A DNA stretch of 64,000 bases from Sphingomonadaceae bacterium (GCA_035497315.1 DATJDU010000097.1:13548-77547), one strand, 5' to 3'. Positions 27,817 through 35,675 are shown, counted from the stretch's first letter. Made by a program: numbers and translations. The notes: generated by a model from the sequence alone, not told the origin.

Positions 27817-28497
27817 TTAAACAGGGTGCTTTCGGCGCTTTCGCCACATCATGGCAAACCCCGCCGTGAGGGAAAGGAACGCAACCGCAAGCACTCCGCT
27901 GAACACGCCGGGAGGGCTTTCGCTCCGGCGAATTGCCTTCAGTTCCACGGTTTGCGCTCCGCTCGTCGCCGCCGAGAGGTCCTCGAATGTTGTTGCCTTT
28001 CCATTCAGGACCTGCCGGATGACTTCTTCAGCTGCATCGCTGCGGGGTAATATGAACTCGCTTGAACAGGGCGGCTGAAACAGAGTGAGATCGGCTGTGG
28101 AAGGCTTTCCGGCGTCCGGTAGGCTCGAGCCTACTGGATCGCCGCTTTCACGGTATCTCGCCGCGAAGATAGCTGGCCGGAATGCAAGCAATTCTGACGG
28201 GAATTCAAAGGTGGAATTGTACCAGGCGAGCCTGACCGTAGGAGGCAAAGTGCCTCTGATCGCGCTACGTACCTTGACTGTGATGAAACCCGTTTCCCTT
28301 GGAAAGTAGGGTCCGTGGCGTTCCAGAATGTCATAGCTGACGATGTCGCCTGCGAAGACCACGTCGGCTTGCCGGATTTGTTCCAGCTTTGCCGGGGTGA
28401 ATGCAATGCAGGCATTCGCTGCCGCCGGTGACAGCAAGAGGAATGACCCTGTGATTCCCAGTATTGGGTTTCGCAAGGTCATTCCGGCGTTTTTCAA
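27817..28497 (-). CDS. Hypothetical exported protein with C-terminal TM anchor and basic tail
   Basis: 226 aa with an N-terminal signal-like region ...LLLSPAAANAC and C-terminal SPPGVFSGVLAVAFLSLTAGFAMMWRKRRKHPV. The start overlaps the TauD-like stop by 4 nt. GC looks lower by eye. Confidence 0.55.
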   Translation of the reverse strand: MKNAGMTLRNPILGITGSFLLLSPAAANACIAFTPAKLEQIRQADVVFAGDIVSYDILERHGPYFPRETGFITVKVRSAIRGTLPPTVRLAWYNSTFEFPSELLAFRPAIFAARYRESGDPVGSSLPDAGKPSTADLTLFQPPCSSEFILPRSDAAEEVIRQVLNGKATTFEDLSAATSGAQTVELKAIRRSESPPGVFSGVLAVAFLSLTAGFAMMWRKRRKHPV

Positions 28498-29393
28498 GCA
28501 GGCACCCCGCCCGCCGTCGTCGTGCGGTACATCTCGCGGCGGAAGCCGTCATAGTCGTTCGGCCCCAGATGCATGGTGCTGCGGTTGTCCCACATGGCCA
28601 CCATGCCCGGCTGCCAGCGCAGGCGGCAGGTGAAGGCATGCTGCACCGTATGCTGCACCAGGAATTCGATGATCGGGCGTGCCTCATGCGTGGTCATGCC
28701 CTCGATTCCCACGGCATAGGTGTCGCAGATGAACAGGGATTCCTCGCCCGTTTCCGGGTGAGTGCGCACCAGCGGGTGGAAGCTGCCTTTCAGCCCCTGT
28801 TCCTGCTTGCTCGCATCGCCGAAACCGATGGCCTCGCCGCGCAGTTTGGCCTGCGTGGCGAAATTGTTTGCTGCACTCATATGCACGCGAAGGCCGCGCA
28901 GCATATCCTGATAGGTCTTCGACAGATGGCGGAAGGCCAGCGCACAATTGGTCCAGCAGGTATCGCCGCCATAGGGCGGGCCTTCGATCTGGCGCAGGGT
29001 GGTGATGCTGGGCGGTTCGGCCAGAAAGGGACTATCCGTGTGCCAGCCGCCGCCGAACAGCGAAGGCGTGACCTCGTCGGCTTCCTTGATGATCGGGTGG
29101 ACATCGCGGTGGCCGGGCACGCCCTGGGTATAGGCGTCGATCGCGAAGGGCCCGAGGCGGGAAGCAAAACGCTCATGCTCTCCATGATCGAGATGCTGGC
29201 CCTTCAGATAAAGCATCTTGTGCCGGTAGAGCGCCTGCTTGAGCTCCTCGATCCCCTCGTCCGAAAGGTCCGGCAGGCGTACGCCTACCACTTCGGCGCC
29301 CATTGCGGCGGCCAGCGGCTCCACCGTGAAATTCTCATATTCGCCGGCGTGATTGTTGAAATCGCCGCAAGGCGTAACGCGCACTTCCCACAT
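28494..29393 (-). CDS. TauD/TfdA-family Fe(II)/2-oxoglutarate-dependent dioxygenase
   Basis: GGGWHTDSPF (HxD), PYGGDTCW, HPLVRTHPETGEESL, WDNRSTMH are typical TauD/TfdA motifs, 299 aa. Confidence 0.9.
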   Translation of the reverse strand: MWEVRVTPCGDFNNHAGEYENFTVEPLAAAMGAEVVGVRLPDLSDEGIEELKQALYRHKMLYLKGQHLDHGEHERFASRLGPFAIDAYTQGVPGHRDVHPIIKEADEVTPSLFGGGWHTDSPFLAEPPSITTLRQIEGPPYGGDTCWTNCALAFRHLSKTYQDMLRGLRVHMSAANNFATQAKLRGEAIGFGDASKQEQGLKGSFHPLVRTHPETGEESLFICDTYAVGIEGMTTHEARPIIEFLVQHTVQHAFTCRLRWQPGMVAMWDNRSTMHLGPNDYDGFRREMYRTTTAGGVPA

Positions 29394-29397
29394 CGAA

Positions 29398-30648
29398 TCA
29401 ACTCTCCATTGCCGCGCCCGTTTTGCCGGGTGCGGTTTCCTTGAGGAACAGGGCAGTCAGAGCGGCCACCAGCGCAAGGGCAATGCAGGTGTAGAACACT
29501 GCTTCCAGCCCCAGAGCATCGGCAACCGGCCCGACAATGAAGGGCGCTATCACGCCCCCTAGCAGTTCCGCAGTGCCCATGGAAAGGCCCACGGCGGTGG
29601 TTGCCAGCGCCGGGCTGACGCTTTCGGTCGGCACGGTGGCGCAATAGAGCGGTGCGATGCCCAACGGCAGCCAGCCCAGCAATACGGCAATCGCCAGCAC
29701 CACCGGATCGGGCGGCGCCAGCAGCAGCGCCGCCGGGCCCAGCGTGCCGGCCAGCGCGCCATAGATCAGAACCGGCCTGCGCCCGATCCGGTCCGACAGC
29801 AGCGGCAGGCAGATTCCGCCGATCAGGCCCGCCCAGCCGCCCATGCCGATAACCCAGCCCGCCGTGGTCGGCTCCAGCCCCTTCACCTTGGTGAGGAACA
29901 GGGTGAGATAGGTGCTCTGCAGCACCAGCCAGGCGGTGATCAGCCCCGCGATCGCCAGCGATGCGCGCATGTTGCGGTTCTTCAGCAGCACCCCGAAGGC
30001 CGCGAAGGTGGAACCCTGATGTTCGGCGGGCTGCTTCACCTGCGGCGGATCGCGCCGGATCAGGAAGATCATCATTGCCGCCACGGCAAGGCCGGGCAGG
30101 ATCGAGAGGAACATGGCAGTGCGCCAGCCATGGGTCGCACCCAGTTGGGTCGCCACGATCGGGCCGATGAAGCCGGCAATGCCAAATGCGCCCACCATCT
30201 GCATGAAGCCCATGTTCACACCGCGCCGCCGGGGGCTGCTGGTCTGGAGGATCAAGGTCTGGCTGATCGGCACGATGGGCCCTTCGCTGGCGCCCAGGGC
30301 AAAGCGCGCCAGCAACAGCATGACGAAGGTGCTGGCCAGCCCGCTGACGCCCGAGAGCAGCGAGAACAGCAGGGTACAGCCGATCAGCACCGTTCGCCGC
30401 TTGCCGGTGCGGTCGGCGATCTGGCTGCCGAAGAAGGAGCTGAGCGCGATGGCGAGGGAAAGGGCGCTGGCGGTCCAGCCGATCTGCGTGTTGTTGAGCC
30501 CCAGATCGTCCACGATGAAGGGGGCGAGGAAGGCCACGGTCTGCCGGTCGAACCCCACCACACCGTTAGCCAGTGTCAGCACGATCAGCAGGCCGAATTC
30601 ATAGCGCCGATCGCGCGGAGGCGCGGTGCCCGCCTGTATGCTTGCCAT
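29398..30648 (-). CDS. MFS transporter (anion:cation symporter-like, aromatic acid type)
   Basis: 12-TM-like hydrophobic profile, GFDRQTVAFLAPFI and ADRTGKRR motifs. Start at MASIQAG has a GGAGAGGA SD upstream; the long ORF-track N-terminus is Arg-rich junk. Confidence 0.88.
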   Translation of the reverse strand: MASIQAGTAPPRDRRYEFGLLIVLTLANGVVGFDRQTVAFLAPFIVDDLGLNNTQIGWTASALSLAIALSSFFGSQIADRTGKRRTVLIGCTLLFSLLSGVSGLASTFVMLLLARFALGASEGPIVPISQTLILQTSSPRRRGVNMGFMQMVGAFGIAGFIGPIVATQLGATHGWRTAMFLSILPGLAVAAMMIFLIRRDPPQVKQPAEHQGSTFAAFGVLLKNRNMRASLAIAGLITAWLVLQSTYLTLFLTKVKGLEPTTAGWVIGMGGWAGLIGGICLPLLSDRIGRRPVLIYGALAGTLGPAALLLAPPDPVVLAIAVLLGWLPLGIAPLYCATVPTESVSPALATTAVGLSMGTAELLGGVIAPFIVGPVADALGLEAVFYTCIALALVAALTALFLKETAPGKTGAAMES

Positions 30649-30728
30649 TGATCCTCTCCCCCTTTGGAAACTCCTTGCGCGCCGGAGGGCCCCTTTTCGG
30701 GTTCTCGTCCGGCGCGAAGGTTGACGGC

Positions 30729-31733
30729 TTACAATTCGATCACGGTCTTGCCGAAGCTCTCCGGCCCCCAGGCGTGGGCATAGGCATCCTTGGCCTGATC
30801 GAAGGCGAAGCTCTTGCCGATCACCGGCCTGATCCCGTTCACGTCCACGGCCGCATTCAGCGCCCTGGCCATTGCCGCCGAGCCGACGAAAATGCCGCGC
30901 AAAGACCCGCCGGTCATCATCAGGGCGCGCGGATTGGGGCCGCCTTCGGGGGAGAGCACGCCAATGAAGGCCACTTCGCCCTGGGTGCGCAGCGCCGACA
31001 TGGACTGTTCCGCCGTGCCCGCGCCGCCCACTTCGATCACCTTGTCCACCCCGCCGAAAGTGCGGGCGATGTGCAGGCCCCAATCGGGTGTGGCCCTGTA
31101 ATTGATGCCATGCGCTGCGCCGAGTTCCTTCAGGCGCGCCAGCTTGGCGTCGGAGGAAGATGTGGCGATCACTTCGCAGCCGCCCGCGCGGGCGATCTGC
31201 AGCGCGATGGTGGAAACGCCGCCGCTGCCCAGCACCAGCACGCGATTGCCGGGCTTCAGCGCGCGGGGGCCTTCGTACAGGGCATTCCACGCCGTCACGC
31301 CCGCGCAGGGCATGCAGGCCGCTTCGGCATAGGACAGGCTCTCGGCAATCGGCACGACACCGCTTGCGGGCAACACCACCAGTTCGGCCAGCATGCCGGG
31401 GGACATGCCGTCGCCCAGTGCCGGGCCCATTCGCGGCGGGCCTTCGACCCATAGGGGGAAGAAGCTGGACTGCACCTTGTCGCCCACTTTCACCCCGGTC
31501 ACGCCTGCACCCACGGCCACGACCTCGCCCGCGCCGTCAGACAGGGGCACGGCGGGCTTCTGCAGCACACCGCCGAAATATTTCCCCGCCGCCACGGCGA
31601 AGTCGCGATAATTGATGGACCACGCCTTGGGCGCCACCACCACCTCGCCCGGGCCGGGCGAGGGATCGGGCAGAGTATCCAGATAGAGCTTGTCGAAACC
31701 ATCCGACCCGGCAGGCATCAGCCATGCGCGCAT
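30729..31733 (-). CDS. Zinc-type alcohol dehydrogenase/NADPH:quinone oxidoreductase (MDR) family protein
   Basis: GPGEVVVAPKAWSINYRD, VLVLGSGGVSTIALQIARAGG (Rossmann), 334 aa. Confidence 0.88.
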   Translation of the reverse strand: MRAWLMPAGSDGFDKLYLDTLPDPSPGPGEVVVAPKAWSINYRDFAVAAGKYFGGVLQKPAVPLSDGAGEVVAVGAGVTGVKVGDKVQSSFFPLWVEGPPRMGPALGDGMSPGMLAELVVLPASGVVPIAESLSYAEAACMPCAGVTAWNALYEGPRALKPGNRVLVLGSGGVSTIALQIARAGGCEVIATSSSDAKLARLKELGAAHGINYRATPDWGLHIARTFGGVDKVIEVGGAGTAEQSMSALRTQGEVAFIGVLSPEGGPNPRALMMTGGSLRGIFVGSAAMARALNAAVDVNGIRPVIGKSFAFDQAKDAYAHAWGPESFGKTVIEL

Positions 31734-31871
31734 TATAGTTCTCCCAAAAAGGTTCCGTCTCGGAAATGTTGCAGCAATTTTAGGCCGATTTTCGCAATTG
31801 GCCATAGTGCTGCGGACTATCGGAAGGCGCCGCAGGCAAGTTCCCTTTCGGGCAGGCCGCGGCGCTTTCTC

Positions 31872-32645
31872 TCAGCGGTCGCCGCTCCAGGTGCGCAGGC
31901 CGGGCATGGTCCGGTCTTCGCTGGCGAGCGCTTCCTTCACCGCAGGCCGCGCGCTGACTGCTTCGCGCCAGGCCACGATGCGGGGATAGGTCTCGTCCAC
32001 CTGCATCTCGGGGAACATGCGGTTTACCGACAACCCGCAATGGGCGTAGAAATTGATGTCGGCGAGGGAGTAGCTATCGCCCGCCAGCCATTGGGTCTGC
32101 TCCAGCTGGCGCTCGATCTTCTCCAGCGCATAGACGATCTTGTCGCTGGCGTTCTGGAGGTCGGCCTCGGAAAAGCCGGAGCGGGCGGCGGCCCATTTCT
32201 TGCGCTGATCGGGCAGGGGGATGTGGCTCAGCAGATCCTCGAAAGTGCCCGCATCGATATTGCGCGCGATCACCCCCACCATGCGGTGCCAGCCATGCAT
32301 GGAGACATGGTTCATCACATGCTCGTCCACGAATTTGTTCCAGTAGCGCATCCGCGCCGCGCCCGCCGGAGTGCGGGGCCGCAGCGGGCCGCTTTCCGGA
32401 TTGGCATCGGGGAAGGCGTCTTCCAGATATTCGTTGATCACTGTGGTGTGGGTGATGATCGTCCCACCATGGTCCAGCACGGGGACCTGCCCTTCGGGAT
32501 TGATCGCCACGAACCAGTCGGAATGCTGTTCGAACTTGTGCAGATCGACATAGACGCTTTCATAGGCCAGCCCCTTTTCCTTCAAGGGGATCATCGACTT
32601 GAGCGAATTGGCCAGCGGCTCGGCGTGGTAATATTTCAGGGCCAT
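31872..32645 (-). CDS. Glutathione S-transferase, LigF-like beta-etherase family
   Basis: Shares ANSLK, EKGL, KFEQHSDWF, INPxGQVP, TVIxEYLEDxFP, LRP, PxPxQxxKWxxARxGF, YSLADI and ARPAxKE blocks with SYK-6 LigF as I recall it, and is of similar length (257 aa). Confidence 0.82.
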   Translation of the reverse strand: MALKYYHAEPLANSLKSMIPLKEKGLAYESVYVDLHKFEQHSDWFVAINPEGQVPVLDHGGTIITHTTVINEYLEDAFPDANPESGPLRPRTPAGAARMRYWNKFVDEHVMNHVSMHGWHRMVGVIARNIDAGTFEDLLSHIPLPDQRKKWAAARSGFSEADLQNASDKIVYALEKIERQLEQTQWLAGDSYSLADINFYAHCGLSVNRMFPEMQVDETYPRIVAWREAVSARPAVKEALASEDRTMPGLRTWSGDR

Positions 32646-32682
32646 TGCGGCGTTCTCCTCTTCCTGTCCGGTTCTGGCCGGA

Positions 32683-33429
32683 TCAGAGCTCGATACTCTC
32701 CAGCACGCCGCCATCCACGGCCCAGTCCTGCCCGGTCACATGGCTGGCCGCGTCGGACAGCAGGAAGCAGGCCACTTCGGCCAGTTCTTCCGGGCTGCCC
32801 ATCCGGCGCTGGGGCACGCGGGCGGCGATCCTGCCTTGTTGTTCTGGCGGAATGCGGTCCAGCGCTTCTGTGCGGATGAAGCCGGGGATGATGCAATTGG
32901 CGCGGATGCCGTGGGGGGCCATTTCCACTGCGATGGCGCGGGTCAGGCCCAGCACGCCATGCTTGGAGGCGACATAGGCCGGGTTCATCGCCATGCCGCG
33001 CTTGGAACCCATGGAACCGGTGACGAGGATCGTGCCCTTGTTCGCCTCGATCATGGCGGGTAGCACTTTCTGGATCGCCCAGAACACACTGATAAGATTT
33101 ACTTTTATCGTCTGTTCGAACACATCCGGGTCGAAGGAGACGGCAGGCGTGAAGCCGCCGGTCAGCCCGGCATTGGCGAACAGGCCCTCGATGGGGCCGA
33201 AGTGTTCTGCGGCTTCGTCCAGCGCGGCCTCCAGCTGGGCCTTGTCGCCCACATCGGCGGCGAAGCCTGCGGCATTGGCGCCGAGTGAGGCGACGGCTTC
33301 GTCCAGCATTTCCCTGCGTCGCGCGATCAGCGAGACGCGCGCACCGCGCTCTGCCAGCATGCGTGCGCTGACCAGGCCGATGCCACTGGATGCGCCGGTG
33401 ACGACGATGTGCATGCCTTTGAAGTGCAT
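32683..33429 (-). CDS. Classical short-chain dehydrogenase/reductase (SDR)
   Basis: VVTGASSGIG, NAG, YVASKHGVLGL (YxxxK), 248 aa. The start codon overlaps the upstream stop (TGATG). Confidence 0.9.
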   Translation of the reverse strand: MHFKGMHIVVTGASSGIGLVSARMLAERGARVSLIARRREMLDEAVASLGANAAGFAADVGDKAQLEAALDEAAEHFGPIEGLFANAGLTGGFTPAVSFDPDVFEQTIKVNLISVFWAIQKVLPAMIEANKGTILVTGSMGSKRGMAMNPAYVASKHGVLGLTRAIAVEMAPHGIRANCIIPGFIRTEALDRIPPEQQGRIAARVPQRRMGSPEELAEVACFLLSDAASHVTGQDWAVDGGVLESIEL

Positions 33430-33887
33430 CAGGTTTCTCTCTCTCCAATGAAGGCCGCCCAGGCGGGGGCAGCGGGGTGGTCGCTCTTTTCCGGCGACCA
33501 TTGGCGTTCCATCAGCGCGCGGGCTTCGCCCTCGGCCATGCCGCGCGACAGGTGGTAGCGATAGAAGAAGGCGGAGACCCGCCAGTTGGCGATGCAGTGC
33601 ACATGAAGAATGTGCTCAAAGGAACCAAGCGCGCGCACAAAGGCACTGAAGTGCTCTTCACCGGGCGCATCGAAGGGCACGGGAATATGGGTGTAGCCGA
33701 TCCCGGCGGCGGCGAGCTTCTCGCCCTCATCCGCCAGCGCATCGGGATGATCGTCCAGCGCCAGATTGATGACATGGGTAATCCCGATGGCCTTCAGCCG
33801 GGCAATGTCCGCATCCTCGATCCGCCCGGAAGTGGTGACCCGGGGGGAGAGACGTTGCCAGCCTCTGATGTCCTCCGGGTCGCCCAT
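33429..33887 (-). CDS. Bacterial PTP/DSP-like phosphatase-fold protein (short P-loop HCIANWR)
   Basis: 152 aa. RVTTSGRIEDADIARLKAIGITHVINL...YTHIPV...HVHCIANWRVSAFF resembles the small bacterial tyrosine-phosphatase-like family. Confidence 0.7.
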   Translation of the reverse strand: MGDPEDIRGWQRLSPRVTTSGRIEDADIARLKAIGITHVINLALDDHPDALADEGEKLAAAGIGYTHIPVPFDAPGEEHFSAFVRALGSFEHILHVHCIANWRVSAFFYRYHLSRGMAEGEARALMERQWSPEKSDHPAAPAWAAFIGERET

Positions 33888-33898
33888 GTCAGACCGGC

Positions 33899-34771
33899 TC
33901 AGACGAGGCCCAGCACTCTGGCGGCATTGTCCTTCATGATGCCGGGCATCACTTCCTCGCGGAAGCCCACTTCCTTGGCCGCAGCGATCCATTTGTCGGG
34001 ATGGATCAGCGGGAAGTCGCTGCCGAACAGCATTTTGTGCTTCAGCTGGGTGTTGGCGTACTGGATCACCTGCTTGGGGAAATATTTGGGACTCCAGCCC
34101 GACAGGTCGATATACACATTGGTCTTGTGCAGGGCCATGGAGAGGCTCTCGTCCACCCAGGGCCAGCTGGGATGGGCCAGGATGATCTTCATGTCGGGGA
34201 AGTCCACCGCCACATCGTCGATCAGCATGGGCTGGCCATATTTCAGGCGCATGCCGCCGCCGCCGCGCATCCCGGTGCCCATGCCCGAATGGCCGGTGTG
34301 GAAGATCACCGGCAGCTGATATTCGTTGATCACTTCATAGATCGGCCAGGCCATCCGGTCGGCCGGGTGGGCGTTCTGGGCGATGCCGTGGAACTTGAAG
34401 CCCTTGACCCCGAAATTCTCGACCAGATCGCGCGCTTCGCGGGCGCCATATTTGCCCTTGTGCGGATCGATGCTGGCGAAGGCCATGCAGATATCGTCAT
34501 TCTTCGCGGCGAGTTCCGCCACTTCGTAATTGCTGACCCGCTTGGCGCCCATGCCGCTCTCGCAATCGACCGTGAACAGGCACAGCGCGATGTTGGTTTC
34601 GCGGTACAGCTCGATGATTTCCGGCATCTTGGGCCGTTCGCGCGGCGCCTTGAAATAGGTGCTGGCGGCATCGAAGAATTCGCCCATCACCGGATCTTCC
34701 GGATCATGGCACGAAACCTCCGCATGAACGTGGACGTCGATGGCGCGGATCTTGGTGAGGTCGATGGGCAT
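33899..34771 (-). CDS. Amidohydrolase_2 (metal-dependent TIM-barrel hydrolase/decarboxylase) family protein
   Basis: IDVHVHAE, KGFKFH, VIFHTGH, ILAHPSWPW, FGSDFP are typical amidohydrolase_2 metal-ligand blocks, 290 aa. Confidence 0.88.
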   Translation of the reverse strand: MPIDLTKIRAIDVHVHAEVSCHDPEDPVMGEFFDAASTYFKAPRERPKMPEIIELYRETNIALCLFTVDCESGMGAKRVSNYEVAELAAKNDDICMAFASIDPHKGKYGAREARDLVENFGVKGFKFHGIAQNAHPADRMAWPIYEVINEYQLPVIFHTGHSGMGTGMRGGGGMRLKYGQPMLIDDVAVDFPDMKIILAHPSWPWVDESLSMALHKTNVYIDLSGWSPKYFPKQVIQYANTQLKHKMLFGSDFPLIHPDKWIAAAKEVGFREEVMPGIMKDNAARVLGLV

Positions 34772-34913
34772 GGTGGTCCTCGATGATTACGAAAACCCCT
34801 TTAGAACGAAAACTCAACCTCGGCCAAGCCTGTGGTAAAAGGGCAACGCGTTGCGCCAAATCTCCTCAGCTTGGGGAATAGTGGCCCAAGTGGGAAGAAT
34901 TCATCCACGCATC

Positions 34914-34946
34914 CATCCAAGTCACGCTTGACACAATGCTTGGATG
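34914..34946. promoter_or_regulatory. Inverted repeat CATCCAAG-N17-CTTGGATG enclosing a TTGACA hexamer
   Basis: Perfect 8-bp arms with TTGACA at 34928-34933 inside the spacer. It lies between the divergent 8-gene operon (start 34771) and the orphan ORF (start 34964). Confidence 0.35.
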
Positions 34947-34963
34947 TAGCCATCGGTTGAGGC

Positions 34964-35404
34964 ATGCCAGATGCGATTCCTTCGATCGAAGAGCTTGAAC
35001 GTGAAGTCCAGCTTCACAAAAGCCGACTTGACGCCGCTATGACGCTCCTTGCCGCCGCAAGGGCGTATGCGGCTGTGCGAGCAGATGTTCCTGCGGCTAA
35101 GCTGAATGCGCAGGCTGCCAAGGTGCCCATGCAACCGCGTAAGAGGTTCAGGCTCATTTCTGGGATGCAGCAGACCGAGGAAGCAGCAGCACATTTGATG
35201 GAGTCGCTTAAGCGGCCTGTCCAAACCGGCGAGATCATCAAGCGGCAAGAGGAACTTGGTCACATGTTGCCTGAGAACGCGAGCAATGTCGTGTCTGCTC
35301 GCATGTCAAACAGCACAAAGTTTGAGGGCCGTCGTGGACAGGGCTGGTGGTTTTCGGACCGCCCTTGGCCGGGAGATTTTATAGAAAACGTTGAGTCGGA
35401 TTGA
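34964..35404 (+). CDS. Orphan hypothetical protein, C-terminal half resembling a HARE-HTH/winged-helix domain
   Basis: 146-aa ORF in a visibly lower-GC islet. ...KRPVQTGEIIKRQEELGHMLPENASNVVSARMSNSTKFEGRRGQGWWF follows the pattern of small winged-helix modules. The SD is poor (AGG 1-2 nt from the ATG). Confidence 0.5.
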   Translation: MPDAIPSIEELEREVQLHKSRLDAAMTLLAAARAYAAVRADVPAAKLNAQAAKVPMQPRKRFRLISGMQQTEEAAAHLMESLKRPVQTGEIIKRQEELGHMLPENASNVVSARMSNSTKFEGRRGQGWWFSDRPWPGDFIENVESD

Positions 35405-35410
35405 ATTTGT

Positions 35411-35480
35411 GGGGCCGGAGGCAGGGTTGCCAGGATGTATTCGCATGCACGCCCATGGGGTTCGACTCCCCCCGGCTCCA
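35411..35480 (+). ncRNA. tRNA-Ala(CGC)-like element, non-canonical (possible tRNA pseudogene, att remnant or tRNA-like mRNA 3' module)
   Basis: Acceptor GGGGCCG/CGGCTCC 7/7 with G3.U70 and discriminator A. T arm GGGG-TTCGACT-CCCC. Loop TTCGCAT (anticodon CGC) with 3' flank GCACG, but the 5' partner ATGTA pairs 0/5. D arm GGCA-GGGT-TGCC. No encoded CCA. Confidence 0.5.
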
Positions 35481-35675
35481 CACCATTTTCGCCAGTGGCG
35501 TTAGCGCGCCACCAACATGCAACCACCAGTCCCTCACGTAAGGAGAAAGGAGATCGCGCTATGTGGCAAATAGCCCGCAGAAGACCGTGAGCTACGCACC
35601 AAGGATGTCGGATAACCGCACAACCTTGATGCATAGTTAGCGCTTGCGCTAACCCACGTCTAGAAAAACTAGACG

